The notes beneath the pieces were generated by a model. It worked only from the letters and a program-made list of their open reading frames with translations. It was not told the DNA's origin and did not search any database. The position numbers and the translations under genes were made by a program. Below are positions 12,079 through 24,100 of a stretch of 64,000 nucleotides of DNA, piece by piece. How positions within the stretch are numbered: the first letter of the stretch is position 1; every line of letters begins with the position of its first letter. Source of the DNA: Trichoplax adhaerens (lineage: Eukaryota; Animalia; Placozoa); NCBI RefSeq assembly GCF_000150275.1, contig NW_002060946.1, positions 2,499,454 to 2,563,453 on the forward strand. The letters run 5' to 3'.

Positions 12079-14031
12079 ATGGTTATCGATGATGAAACTG
12101 ATAACCAACAAAGCAATGAAATACAAACTAAATCAACTATGGGAAAAGAACCTATAAGTGATGGTCAAGAGCCATTGAATAATGGAGACCAAGCAAATTA
12201 TTACCAACGACTACAGTCACAATTACAAAACCAGGGTGCTCAAGATGGCATTGATCTTCAAGCTATTTTCCAATCTGAATCACTCGATTTTAAATCAGCA
12301 GACGATGTACTATCTGAATTTAAAGATGATAACTATGTTATAGAGAGAAAAGAAGAACCCATCCAGCATCATTCTCCAACCCCATCATCGAATATCGATC
12401 ACGATCAAAATCAACCTGCAAAAAACGATGATTTAAATGATTTCTACCAAGACGACGCTTATCAAGATAATATAAAACAGAATAATCATGCTTATGCTGA
12501 AGATCAATACGAAGATGATTTCGAGGAATTAATCGAAGAAGCAGAAACAGAGAATCAACGAATGATTACCAAGAAACAGTCGCAGGATATTGTTGAACAA
12601 GCAGATTTACATCCGACCCAACATGTGGTAGAAGAGACAATTACACAGCAGCATACAACCCCATTAGGTGAAAACGGAGAAGCATCGCAACCCGTAGTTG
12701 AAGAAATAATAACACAGCAGCATACAACCCCATTGGGTGAAAACGGAGAAGCATCGCAACCCGTAGTTGAAGAAATAGTAACACAACAATACCAGGCTCC
12801 ATTAGGCGATGATGGAAGTGTTAAGCCTAGCAGTGTTGAAAATCTTAGGCAAACATCACCATCGCATCAAGTTGAAATAGATATCCAACCGGACAAAGGC
12901 AGCATTCACGATGATCATTATAGTCATCATAGTGACGTTAATATAGCCAAGGATAACACAAATCAAGACGAGGTTAATTTTCATTCCCACGATACTATTA
13001 ATAGTAATCGATCATCACCAATTCCTACCCATCTTAATCAAGACGATAAAGAAGAAAAAGATAAAAATGATCAACATTCCATCCGATCCAATTCATCTAG
13101 CCATCATGGTATTGTAGAAAAACGACAAAATGATGAACAAGAAAATTGTCCAACAATTCATATTGAACAAGTTGATGGGCAACAACATGAAAGTAATGAC
13201 GATGATTTAATAAAATCGGAAAATTTAATACAAAGTGAAGTTAATCAGCCTGATGCAGAAAATAAAAATGATATTTCAGAACAATCTGTTAGTAGCAGTA
13301 GTCAAGATGAAGAAATGAATCGATTGAGGGAATTACTAGATCGAAATAAAGCCACAATGGTTCAACAGCATGATCAAATGCTATTAGATATGGATAATAA
13401 ATTACGAGAAAAAGACGCTGAAATAGAACAATTGAAAGGGTTGTTGGAAAAGCATAATTTAGAAGAAGCCAGTGAACAACAATATCGCCTATTGCAGTAT
13501 GAAAAACAAGTTGAGCAAAAAGATAATGAAATACAACAACTAAAGAGTTTACTTGACGAATTAAAGCAAGATGTTAATTATACTGAATTAATCCATTTAC
13601 GTGAGCAAGCTAATAGAGCCAATGCTTTAACGGTTCAGCAAGAATACTTATCACGGCAAATTACGGAATTTACTGAAATGGAATTATACTTAAGGGCGCA
13701 ACTTGAAGAGCTACAAACTAAATTAGATGTAACCAATAGAGAAAATACCTCACTAAGTAATAAATTGAAAGAATATAAACAAGGCGATGAAGTAAAAAAT
13801 CAGAAAATCGTTGAAATGGAGGATGAATTAGCTTCAATTAATGACGAAGTACAACGATTACAAAATATCGTTAGTGAAGCAGCAAGTAAAGGTAGGCGAA
13901 AATCTCTCGGTAAATCAAGTCGAATAGACCATTCTGTTCCACAACCTGCACCTACAGAGAAAAAAGTCAGTCATCAAAGTAAAGATCAGCGTAATAAACA
14001 ATCTAATTCACGATTTTGTAGCGTAATGTAA
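12079..14031 (+). CDS. Uncharacterised 650-aa protein: acidic disordered N-terminal region, C-terminal coiled coil, basic tail, CaaX box (CSVM)
   Basis: 1953-nt uninterrupted ORF; D/E/Q/N/H-rich first ~410 aa; heptad L/E/K/Q pattern ~aa 410-600; KGRRKSLGK basic patch; ends SRFCSVM*. Confidence 0.9.
   Translation: MVIDDETDNQQSNEIQTKSTMGKEPISDGQEPLNNGDQANYYQRLQSQLQNQGAQDGIDLQAIFQSESLDFKSADDVLSEFKDDNYVIERKEEPIQHHSPTPSSNIDHDQNQPAKNDDLNDFYQDDAYQDNIKQNNHAYAEDQYEDDFEELIEEAETENQRMITKKQSQDIVEQADLHPTQHVVEETITQQHTTPLGENGEASQPVVEEIITQQHTTPLGENGEASQPVVEEIVTQQYQAPLGDDGSVKPSSVENLRQTSPSHQVEIDIQPDKGSIHDDHYSHHSDVNIAKDNTNQDEVNFHSHDTINSNRSSPIPTHLNQDDKEEKDKNDQHSIRSNSSSHHGIVEKRQNDEQENCPTIHIEQVDGQQHESNDDDLIKSENLIQSEVNQPDAENKNDISEQSVSSSSQDEEMNRLRELLDRNKATMVQQHDQMLLDMDNKLREKDAEIEQLKGLLEKHNLEEASEQQYRLLQYEKQVEQKDNEIQQLKSLLDELKQDVNYTELIHLREQANRANALTVQQEYLSRQITEFTEMELYLRAQLEELQTKLDVTNRENTSLSNKLKEYKQGDEVKNQKIVEMEDELASINDEVQRLQNIVSEAASKGRRKSLGKSSRIDHSVPQPAPTEKKVSHQSKDQRNKQSNSRFCSVM
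12625..12816 (+). repeat. In-frame 69-bp (23-aa) coding tandem repeat, ~2.8 copies
   Basis: VVEE(T/I)(I/V)TQQHTTPLGENGEASQP units start at 12625, 12694 and 12763; the third is partial and diverged. Confidence 0.9.
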
Positions 14032-15716
14032 GAAAAAGGAATAGATCTAACATAAGGATGATTGTATGCCGACAGGATAACACAATAATTTTAATATTCA
14101 CTGTTTGCTACAGTATATCGATCAATTTTGTGCGTAAATATTTGTTGCATCAACCTTATTGACAAATGTCTTGATTAATTCGTAATTTATAGTGAGTTCG
14201 TTTATATGAATTACCTAATTAGTTTAGATTGATAGATTAAGCCTTATGTCAAATCACCATAAGACTAATTTGTAACGATTTAATTTATCCGCTAATTACA
14301 TCTAATTACTTACAATAGAACTCATTTTTAAGCTTATTAATACGCGGTATCTGCCAATGTTGTATATAACAGATTAAGAAAAAATCGATCGAAGACGCCT
14401 AATCTTTGATTAGTATCATTACTGGTACTAGCGGTATATGATAGTTTGGATAAATCAAAATCTTGTCCTAGACATCAGCGATGATGATTAATATCTTAAT
14501 TTGTAATCTATTGGACCTAGTAATCATTTAGATTTACGCTGAGGTTTCTAAATCTACATTGACATAATTAGACATCGTCGTATCCATAGCAATAATTACC
14601 GTAAAAGGACACTCTACCAGTAATTAGGTACGCCTACCATAAATTCAATGCTATTAATGCAATTATCCAAACCTTAATGAAAAAATTGTAATTATTACCT
14701 CATACTTACTATCTTTAATTATAAAATTATGATATTAGCAAAAATATGTAGTAATGGGTATCATAACTATTAGAAATTTATTGAGATAAACTACCTCTAT
14801 ATTACTCGTATAATTGTTACCCGTCCTTAATTATACTAAAAACGGCATAAATCATTAATTATTTTTGTTTTGGCCAGCTGTTAAACTTCTGGACATGTTT
14901 GGTCTTGTAATCTTGACTATTCGAATTCTATCTCCTAGTTGATCTATATCGTCAGCCGTGCCAAGGGATAGACTCCAGTTAATTGAATGTCGCTATTTTT
15001 ATGTTTAATCATTAATATGAGCAATTGGGTAACTCACACTATTCAAAACAATTGCATTATTGTTAAGCTACGGCATCTGAGTTAATTTGTTTCATTCCAA
15101 GATTAATAGATCCTAACTCAGGTTTAATGACTTATACATCTTAATCAATCATTAATTTTAAGGTAGTAGTTTTCCATTTGATAATTGAAATCTTTAGTCA
15201 TTATATATTAGCATTTGATGCATACATATTTAATCTATTTTCATAATAAAAATGATGATTGTAAACCGTAACCGCAGAGTAGAGCGTGAAATTTAGCTAT
15301 AGTATTATGTATGACTGTATTGAATGTCTTTTAGAAACAGTTGATACTAGGGATTATAGCGGCTAAGATCGGTTACTTTACTCCTGATTGCAGTCAAACC
15401 TGATTTCTATCAAGAAATTCAAATATAATTTTCATGACTCCTTACCAGATTATTTTAATATAAGGGAGCAAGTCATGTAATTTAAGAATTTGACAATAAT
15501 ACAGGATATAGTGAAAGGTAGTATTAAAGGAGATTTTTATTATAGAAGCATAAAAAATCTTGATGTGATAATGTATTATCTCAGAAAGCAAATCATTAAA
15601 ATTCGTACGGTACAATAATATTCTAATTACAAAGGTAAATATTTTTTTCATCGCACCATGTAATTTCATATAGTACAAATCGAACAAATATTGTCCAAAA
15701 GCATTTCTACCAAATG

Positions 15717-18700
15717 TTAACTATCTGAGCTTTCCAACCATTTTCTTTTTTTGGCAGTATTAAGATACGGCCTAATTTTCCATTCAACATCTGCTGTATT
15801 TTCTTCGTCGATAGTGCCTAATCTTATTGCAAAGACTATAAAAAAACCAAGAAATGCACAATTATTCAGTACTAATGAAATAAATATAGAAATTTTAGTT
15901 TATAAAATATTGTACAGGCAAGTGTTAAATTCAGTATCATAGCATATAAATTTGTAAATTACGTGCAGTATATATTAAGTAATCAATATTTAAAGGTGAT
16001 ATACACTTAATGTCTACATATTTATCTATCATACGAACGTTTCATTTCAAATCTTGGACCAACTTCCATTAACTCGATATTGCCTTCGGCTCTTTTGTAA
16101 ACGTGATGTCTACAGATGTTCCGTAAAAAGTTAGAAAAACATCTAATGCATGCTTATATATATATTTTTGTAATACAGCATACTCTTATAATGCCGCCAA
16201 ACAAACCTAAAAGAGATAAAATCATCATCATTTGCAAAGGTGATAATTCGTCGTGTGCTTTCTTTTGGAACTGGAAATAGGTACCGTAATATATTTTTAA
16301 CCTATAAATTGGAGTCCATTAGAAGATCCATAAAACTTTAAAGCAGGGTACTGTATAGTCTATCTTAGATATATATTTCAAAAAAATTTAACAACGTACC
16401 CTTAAGCCAAGTTTAGATGAAAATTTATGAAAGATTAGATGTGGATAGGCTTCAGACATAGGACCAATGTTTTCAATATCGTGTCTCATTACAACATTAG
16501 ATAGAGTAAAATAAGCCGTTGGACCGTAAGGAAGATGAGATACAATCATACCATCTATAAAATGATACGGAATATTAAATAAATATTGTTGATATTTCGA
16601 TTTATAGATAAATCTGGTAACTCTTTAAGCATATATATACGACGATACATTTAATGTATAGCCGCTTAAAAGATATTTTACCTGGTTGACCTCTGTGTTC
16701 ATGTACAATAATTAAATCAGTCACATTATTCGCTCTGCAGGCTTGAATTAGTTCGCTCAGTACATGATTACCGCGATTCATTCGTTGACAATTTGGAAAT
16801 ATTAATTTCATTTCCTTCAATAAATAAAAATATAAGATTTTCATTACATTAATGTATGTCATAAGGCTTATTTCTAAAATATGAGAATGGCTATATCGAA
16901 TGAAATACTGTATCGGGTTAATATTCTGAATTAAGTTTTGTACGACTGTATAGGTAGTTAACTCTTAATTCAATAAACGATGCTGTAATGGTATCAGTGG
17001 TTGTGATGATGACGATGTAGATAATTATTTTTATTCAGTTTATATATCTTTATTTGCAGCAAGTATTGCAAATACCTACTGCAGTAATATGAAATACCGT
17101 ATACATTATGCAGGAACATGTATATCTAATTGCAACGAATGCACAAATATAGTTATTCAGTTTGCAAACCTTCGCGAATTGCTTTAATTTTGAACTAGGT
17201 TCATGAGATGTTGTGATCATTATACTTGGATCATTTACGCCAGCCCATTTATATTCATCATCACGATCTTCTATATATTCTTAATTGATCGAAAGTGATA
17301 TCGAAATCAGCATTAAAATTCTTATTACGCTAATAGTAAATCGATCATAGTTGTCTCCATTTATGCTATCGCACTCGGGTTCTAATAGAATGTGCGCTGC
17401 TGCATTCTACCCTTTCACTTACACTCAGAAAATCTTCTATATAATTAGAATAGCATAGGCATGTATTACAAGGTGAAAGTTGATATCTACTGGTATTGAT
17501 ACACTTGTAGTTGATTTCGTTAATACAATTTATCTGTACTGGATTATGTCAGAGATGAAATGAAGCTGTAATTATTCAATTATGATAGTCATTTTATAAT
17601 TCGTACAGTATTATTTTCTAGAGATTATCCATCCGAAGTCTGTGATATAACCAGACTATACAGAAGTTTGTATATCAATTCGTAGTAAGTTCTTAGCATA
17701 GATTAGTGGATTTTGTCTGCAAATTGTCATTGCACCAATTGGCTAGATAGTTCTTTAACGTTTAAATTAATGATACTTACTATCGGTATTTCTATCATCA
17801 AATTCAAGCTCTTTACGTAGTTCTGCTTCTTCCTTTCTTAATTCTGTTGGGATTGGCTTGCCCGCTAGAGCATAGTAACGATCGATCATTAATTACTACT
17901 GTGTTGATGGTGTAATAAATGCTACGTATGTGCAGAAACTTGAAAAGTCACGGCAGCAATTCCAAAACCAAGTGATACTATGTTGAATTACCTTTCAATC
18001 TCGGTTTACAGCTAGCATATCTTAACTAAAATTTCTATAATTAAAATTAGGTTCCTAAGAGTAAAATACTAGCTAAATGATGTCTGTGCCTTGCATCTAC
18101 GTACTGATAACATGCATATTTAGCTCAAATTTAGTAAAAATTTTAGTTTGCTGCTAGATTATCTATGATTACAATTATTTAGTTCGCGAAAGTACAGCTG
18201 TACTTTCGCGATACCCTACGATACTTATTGCATCAGCACATGCATAGTAGTGCACAATATACTTATTTAGGTCCAATACACTGCAATTTCTGTTCGTAGA
18301 CCTTCCATGATCAGCACTACGTTCACGAGAATACAAGCAATAACTTACGATATTTACGCTTTGTACAGTATCTGTATACTAGTACGTATACAAAGTACTT
18401 AGCTTAAATGTGTTATAAATTAGTTTACTATTCAATTAGCTAACTACGATTACTACAGTTGGTATTGGTAAAAATGTATGTGATAGTATATTAAGACACC
18501 CACCCGTATTTCCATTCACATATTCGTATGCATAATATTTAGCTTACATACGTTATAATTTAGTTTTAACGTTCTATTAGCTAACTATGATTATTGCAGT
18601 TGGCGTTGGCAAAAATGTAACTGATAGCTTTAATATATTAAAGGCACACGTATATCTCTCGACATACCCATAAATAAATATTTAGCTCAAATACGTTATA

Positions 18701-19234
18701 ATTTAATTTTACTGTTACATTAGCTAACTACTATCGCTACAGTCGCCATTAGTCAAAGTGTGAGCGACAACTTGTTGAGGCAGACTGCAGGGATACGAGG
18801 ATCTCTGGCTACACATGCGTTATATTCAGCTCAAATACGTCGCAATATCAGCTTTTACAACTGGGTTAACAAATCGCAGAAAGAGGTTACTTACAGTCTA
18901 TGGCTGCCTTTAATTTCTTCTTCTTTTCATGGATAGTTCTCTCCTGCTCTTCCTTAGCTTTCCTATAAATATACTCCTTCCTTTCACGTACTTGTCTTCT
19001 TAGCTACAAATAAAATTAAGGTCGTGCTTCAAGATCAGTCATTGTGACACTTGAGTAATTTACATCATTACATTTATAACAATGCAAAAGTAACGATTTG
19101 ATATAAATTCTGTTCAGTATAAAGAGAGGAAGAAGGTAGGAGAGGGAGAGACAGTAAAAGAGAGAAAGAGAGAAAGAGAGAGAAAGGAAAGCAAGTTTAA
19201 ATCTCGAAGTGCAATGGCGAGCCTCTCTTACCAT
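15717..19234 (-). CDS. IMP4: U3 snoRNP protein IMP4 (Brix family); exons 19234-19232, 19003-18895, 17864-17781, 17279-17170, 16814-16682, 16554-16400, 16301-16207, 16109-16039, 15835-15717
   Basis: Spliced protein M|[16 protein letters not shown]...[12 protein letters not shown]...[26 protein letters not shown]...RHDI...[12 protein letters not shown]...[14 protein letters not shown]; all phases consistent. Confidence 0.95.
18399..18845. repeat. ~140-144 bp minisatellite (3 full units plus a partial) in IMP4 intron 2
   Basis: Units TTAGCT.A.AT.(C/T)GTTATAA.TTA...TTAGCTAACTA..AT..(C/T)T.CAGT start at 18399, 18539, 18682 and 18826; more degenerate copies near 18120. Confidence 0.8.
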
Positions 19235-20731
19235 GTTGCTTCTTCTTGGAATAATGATACTGACATGCGCAGAGCTGATTAAGAGTTAATTCATACTTAA
19301 CTAGCCACAATACTCATACATAGATAGAGATCCTATAGTAAGCCCTTAAAAAGCCGAAATCTCCAAAGATGTCATCGAATAGCTTTTCCAATTTGAACTA
19401 TCAATGCTGTTTATGTCGACATAGATTCTACCTAGTAATTAATATGCTCGGATAATATCTTACAAGCTTACGATTGAGTTGAATTGCGAAATTTTGCAAT
19501 AAATTCAGTAGTGATGAATGAATAAATTTATACTTTGTTTTTCAATGAAACCAAGACATGACTTCGTAAAGGATAGTAAAGTGTTTCAGTCATATCCTAT
19601 GTAAAACGTTCTACACCGACTTACGGTGAGTTGCACTTGTAAAAGAGAATTTTTAGCCGATTTATTTTTTAGTACGGGAGAATTAGGGTAAATTAGCTAG
19701 AATTGTGCAAGTTATTGCAAAGATTGTACAAAAGTCATATCTTCGATACTTTATAGCAATGATACTGCCTATATTTGATGTTTTCCTCTTCTTCTCTAGT
19801 AGAATATGAAATAATAACACTCAAAATATAATAGCTGAGAATATTGATTGTGCAATGTGCAACCAAAAGTATCCAGAACTAGCTACACAAAATTTGCGTG
19901 CTTCCAGATCCATTGCAATAGTGATAAAAGATTATAATGCAATATAATCATACGACGTACATGTTTTTATATTGATGCGTAACTTCAGAATTAACACCGA
20001 TGATAATAATTATAATCAGAAACATCTAGAGCTAAAAATAATTATTATATTTAATTTTTACCGGAGTACTGTACTTTAGCAGGATCTCTTATACTTTTAA
20101 TAAATAGCAAAAGGTTGTCCTTAAGACCATAAATACTGTAGATGAGTAAGATATAGCCTTGATAAATTAGTAGAAACTACGGATATGTAAATAGGATCAT
20201 CTTCAATTTTTGAACGGTGTACGGTAGAGCTAATAGATATCGAAATTAGCTTCGAGCACACAATCCAGTGCCAGTGCGCAATTTTCAATAAATCATTAAA
20301 GCTCACTTTAAAATGCAATATGCCCTTAGATCCTGTAATTTATCCGAAATCGTCCAATTCAGCAGCAAAGTCTTAGCAGCTAAGGCTAGTCGTAACTAAA
20401 TAGAAACATCTTTAATTGTCAGTGCTCGTTTATCTAAAAAAAATCACCGGATGTAACTATAGGAATTCAAGTAATATTTTATTATTTTTGTTCCGTATTT
20501 GGTAATCATGCAACGATTTCTAATAGGTCATATAAAATTGCAAATCGCTCATAAACAGGAAGTATCGGTCGATGAAGTTCATAGAAGAAATTAACTTCAA
20601 AATTTCCTTCAATTAATTACCAAGTAGCATCTTACCTATGTATATACATTGCATTGGGCATTGTAAAATATATACAAATTTTGAATAGAATAGTATAGGT
20701 CGAACACAGAAGAAAAATTATAAATTACTAG

Positions 20732-22915
20732 TCACTTCTTAAAAACCAAACTTTTGCAAGTGTAGGCGTAGTGTCCTCGACTTCCACAACGGTAACACAC
20801 TATATTCCGGCAATCGCGAGCGTAATGTCCTCGGCCTTTACAGCGATAACATTGTACATCCTCATCAACCTTTTTCGAAATGCTACTTTCTGTGATACGC
20901 GTTAACTTATTTATTCCAGCCTTGGTGCCTTGCAAATTCTCATAATTTAAGCCATTGTTTCGATTATTGATCGCCTTACCATGCGTCATTGGTTTATCAA
21001 GTACTTGCTCGGTTACGGGTTTATGGCTTAATAACGTATCTTCTGCAATCAGTATTGGCTTAAAACACGTACTTTCATCTGCGTGTGTATATAAGTTATT
21101 ATTATACATTCTATCAGTTTGCAATTTGTCATGCACTTCTCTTTCCAGTCGAGGTCTTTTGTGAAGGTTTTCTTCACGAAGCAGTTCCTCCGATTTGTTA
21201 GTTTGTGCATTGTCGTCAATTTTCTTGTATATCGTTTCTAGATTATTTCCAGTTTGTGGTGTTACCTCCTCATTTTTTTCATGTTGCGGAGATAATTTTT
21301 CTATCATTTAGTAATGTACAAAATAGATGATGATACATTAAGTTATGAAAAAGAGTGAACTTTTCATATTGATCATCTGGCAAATTATGACTTATTATTT
21401 TCGCCGGTTAAGAAATACTGTAGTTTATAGGACAGATAATAAAATTCAGAAATGAAAGTTTATGAACAATTTAGAAAGTTTGGATCTTTCAGCTCTTTAC
21501 ATTTTATAATGTAAGCAATGTTATTACATTTATAAAAATGATATTAAGAGGTCTAAGGTTTACAATTAGTAAAAATAATTAATTGCTATATATAGCATGC
21601 AAGCTTATATCCTTCTGTAGATCTGAAATTAATATACGGTACTAACCCATTAAAGATTTAGAAGTAATAGTAACATTTCTGTTCTTGCAATTTTGAAGAT
21701 ACGTATCTCCTTTTTGGTCTTTGCATTTTTCTCCTAAATGGCTAGCTCCGTTGCAGCTATAATATTGACCTGCAAATATTACCAGACAAACGATATTTCA
21801 AAAAGTAAGATAAAGATGCAATGAGATTCACTACTATCTACGCCTCTACAAATCCGGAATCAACTACCAGCCTACAGCACTACAGATTTATGGGCATTGC
21901 AAAGATTTCGATTCTTACCATCTTGAAGATAGGTGTTTCTTCTCGGTTCTGTACAGTGGCTCGCTAAGTGGCCTACTTTATGGCATTTATAACAGCGCCG
22001 ATCTATGATAGTATAAGAGCAACCAAGTTCAACAACTACTATAGTATATTTATCCAAGCGTATGCTTTTTTAGACCTGGAATGTGTCTCATTTTTACGCG
22101 TATGTAGGAATAAAATTGTGATGAGATATGAATGTATTGTGTAAATAAATTGGAATGTTTTAAGTGTTTAAAATTCAAACCCAGTTGCGTAAGTAAACTA
22201 CGCTGTAGTACCTTAAGTAGTGTATCTACAAGGACTACTACCTAAGAGTATATCTATTATTAAAAAAATTAGTTGTCATTAAGGCACTACAATATACGTA
22301 TGTTGAGAAGTCTCTAACCTTCCGTATAATTTGGACAATTGATAGAAGAGTGATTTGTTAAACCACATTTATAACAAGCCGGAGCTACATTTAATAATTA
22401 TAATTTGATCATTAGGTTAATGATACTCTATCATAACAAGTGATAACGCTACACTACTGTCACTTTAAGTTGGACTAGTTGAGTTAATGTATAGGCAAAT
22501 AGATTTAAGTATGTGTACATCGTAACAATACGAAAGCAACAAGATACTGATTCATGATAGACGGTTGTACTGTACGCCAAATTTTATTTTATCCATCGTA
22601 TCACCGAAACACTAGCGATATCATTGAACAATAATGAGATACCAGAAGCAATTTTGTTGAATAAGTCGTCTTCAAATGGACAATAGGCACTAACGTGGCC
22701 AACATTACCACATAGAAAGCAACGGCAATCTAATGGTATTACAAGGAAAGAATACTAGTCAATAATCGTAGAATGTAATCAGTGTCTTACAGTAACAGTA
22801 GTTGAATCTTAATTACAGTATATATTGCCTATATATATTACTATTATTCTGCTACAAGCTATTCATCATCGATGATCAGCTTACCTCTTAGATTGTAGTA
22901 CTGAGCTCCAATCAT
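20732..22915 (-). CDS. Multi-CCHC zinc-knuckle nucleic-acid-binding protein (~319 aa); exons 22915-22885, 22729-22643, 22384-22319, 22002-21919, 21769-21647, 21300-20732
   Basis: Five CX2CX4HX4C knuckles (CFLCGNVGHVSAYC, CYKCGLTNHSSINC, CYKCHKVGHLASHC, CYRCKGRGHYARDC, CYRCGSRGHYAYTC) plus one degenerate (YYSCNGASHLGEKC); five GT-AG phase-1 introns give an open 960-nt frame. The start exon is least certain. Confidence 0.8.
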
Positions 22916-23294
22916 GAATTTCACTTTGTATTGACACGTTTAGAGTACTCTGCACGTACAGATGATCAAATATTGTTTTGTATTTTTGTTTTTTTTTGCA
23001 AGTGACGCGTATCGAATTGAAGAAGAGCTGTGCCTGCTTGATCTTATTTCAACTGCCTCAAGTCAAACCATCTTCGGAGATTTCTCAACGAATACTGCAT
23101 TCCACACGTAGGTTAACTTTAGGGTCAGCGATCATGAGCGATGTTGCGTGCATTAAAATGCAACTGTCATTTATAATATTGCTGATACCTTATTAATTTG
23201 TCATCCTATTCTGTATAGTGTTTGAATGAAGATCCACCACAGCCCCAATTTGGGATTTGCTCGCATCGGTTGGTTTTCAATTTGGTTGCAAGTC

Positions 23295-24100
23295 TACAGT
23301 ACTGCTACAGTACACTTTACTGGGCTAGGGTAGCCCAATAGCGTACAGTACTGTACTGTACAGTGTACAATGTACAGTACGGACAGTGCGGTATGTACTG
23401 TACAGTACTGTACCGTACAGTACAAGAATTTGCCTACAGTACAGTACAACGTACTGTACACTGTGCACCAGAGAGTTCCCACAGTACTGTACTGTATGTG
23501 GCTAGTGTGGTTATTGTTCTACGCTACCGCACAGTACAGTACAGTATACGGTAGATGTACAGTACTGTACAGTAGTACTGTACCGTATTTGCTAATGAAA
23601 CCTACTACCGATTCCACGAACGTAACAGTTATGAGTCCAATGACTAAAAGTAGAAAAAAACGATTCAGAGAATCATGGACCTTTGTAGTACTGCAGCAGT
23701 GCAGCGCTACATTATTGTCTTGTGTTTTTCTGGCAGTTCCGTAAACAAAAGACTAGCGCATACACAGACCTGATTGTCAAGAACTTGTACACTACAGTAG
23801 ACAGTAGACTGTACACTGTACAGTACAGTGCTGCACAAGTTTTTCCACAGCACAGCCTGCTGGTCAGCTTTGTACAGTACTGTACTGTACTGTACAGTAC
23901 TTTACTGTACACAGGGAGACTGCTGGGTGAGTGGCTAGCCACTAGTCTAATCTTATGTGGTGACTTTTTGAGCGCGTTGGCGTTGTGAGTCTACAGTATA
24001 TAGTACTGTAAGATACAGTACAGTATGATAAAAAGAGACTGTACTCTACTATACTCTTTTGTAGCTGACGCGTACTATATCGTATAGTAGTGTATAGTAC
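23295..24100. repeat. Long TACAG/CTGTA palindromic low-complexity tract between divergent genes
   Basis: Many TACAGTAC, GTACTGTA and TACAGTACTGTA words on both strands; produces several spurious YCTVQYST-type ORFs. Confidence 0.85.

Noticed and set aside
12079-14031. Nuclear lamin
   Set aside because: The coiled coil is C-terminal and short, with no IF consensus motifs and no Ig-like tail domain.
20732-22915. Retrotransposon gag nucleocapsid
   Set aside because: Knuckles are split by spliceosomal introns; no protease, RT, integrase or LTRs were seen nearby.
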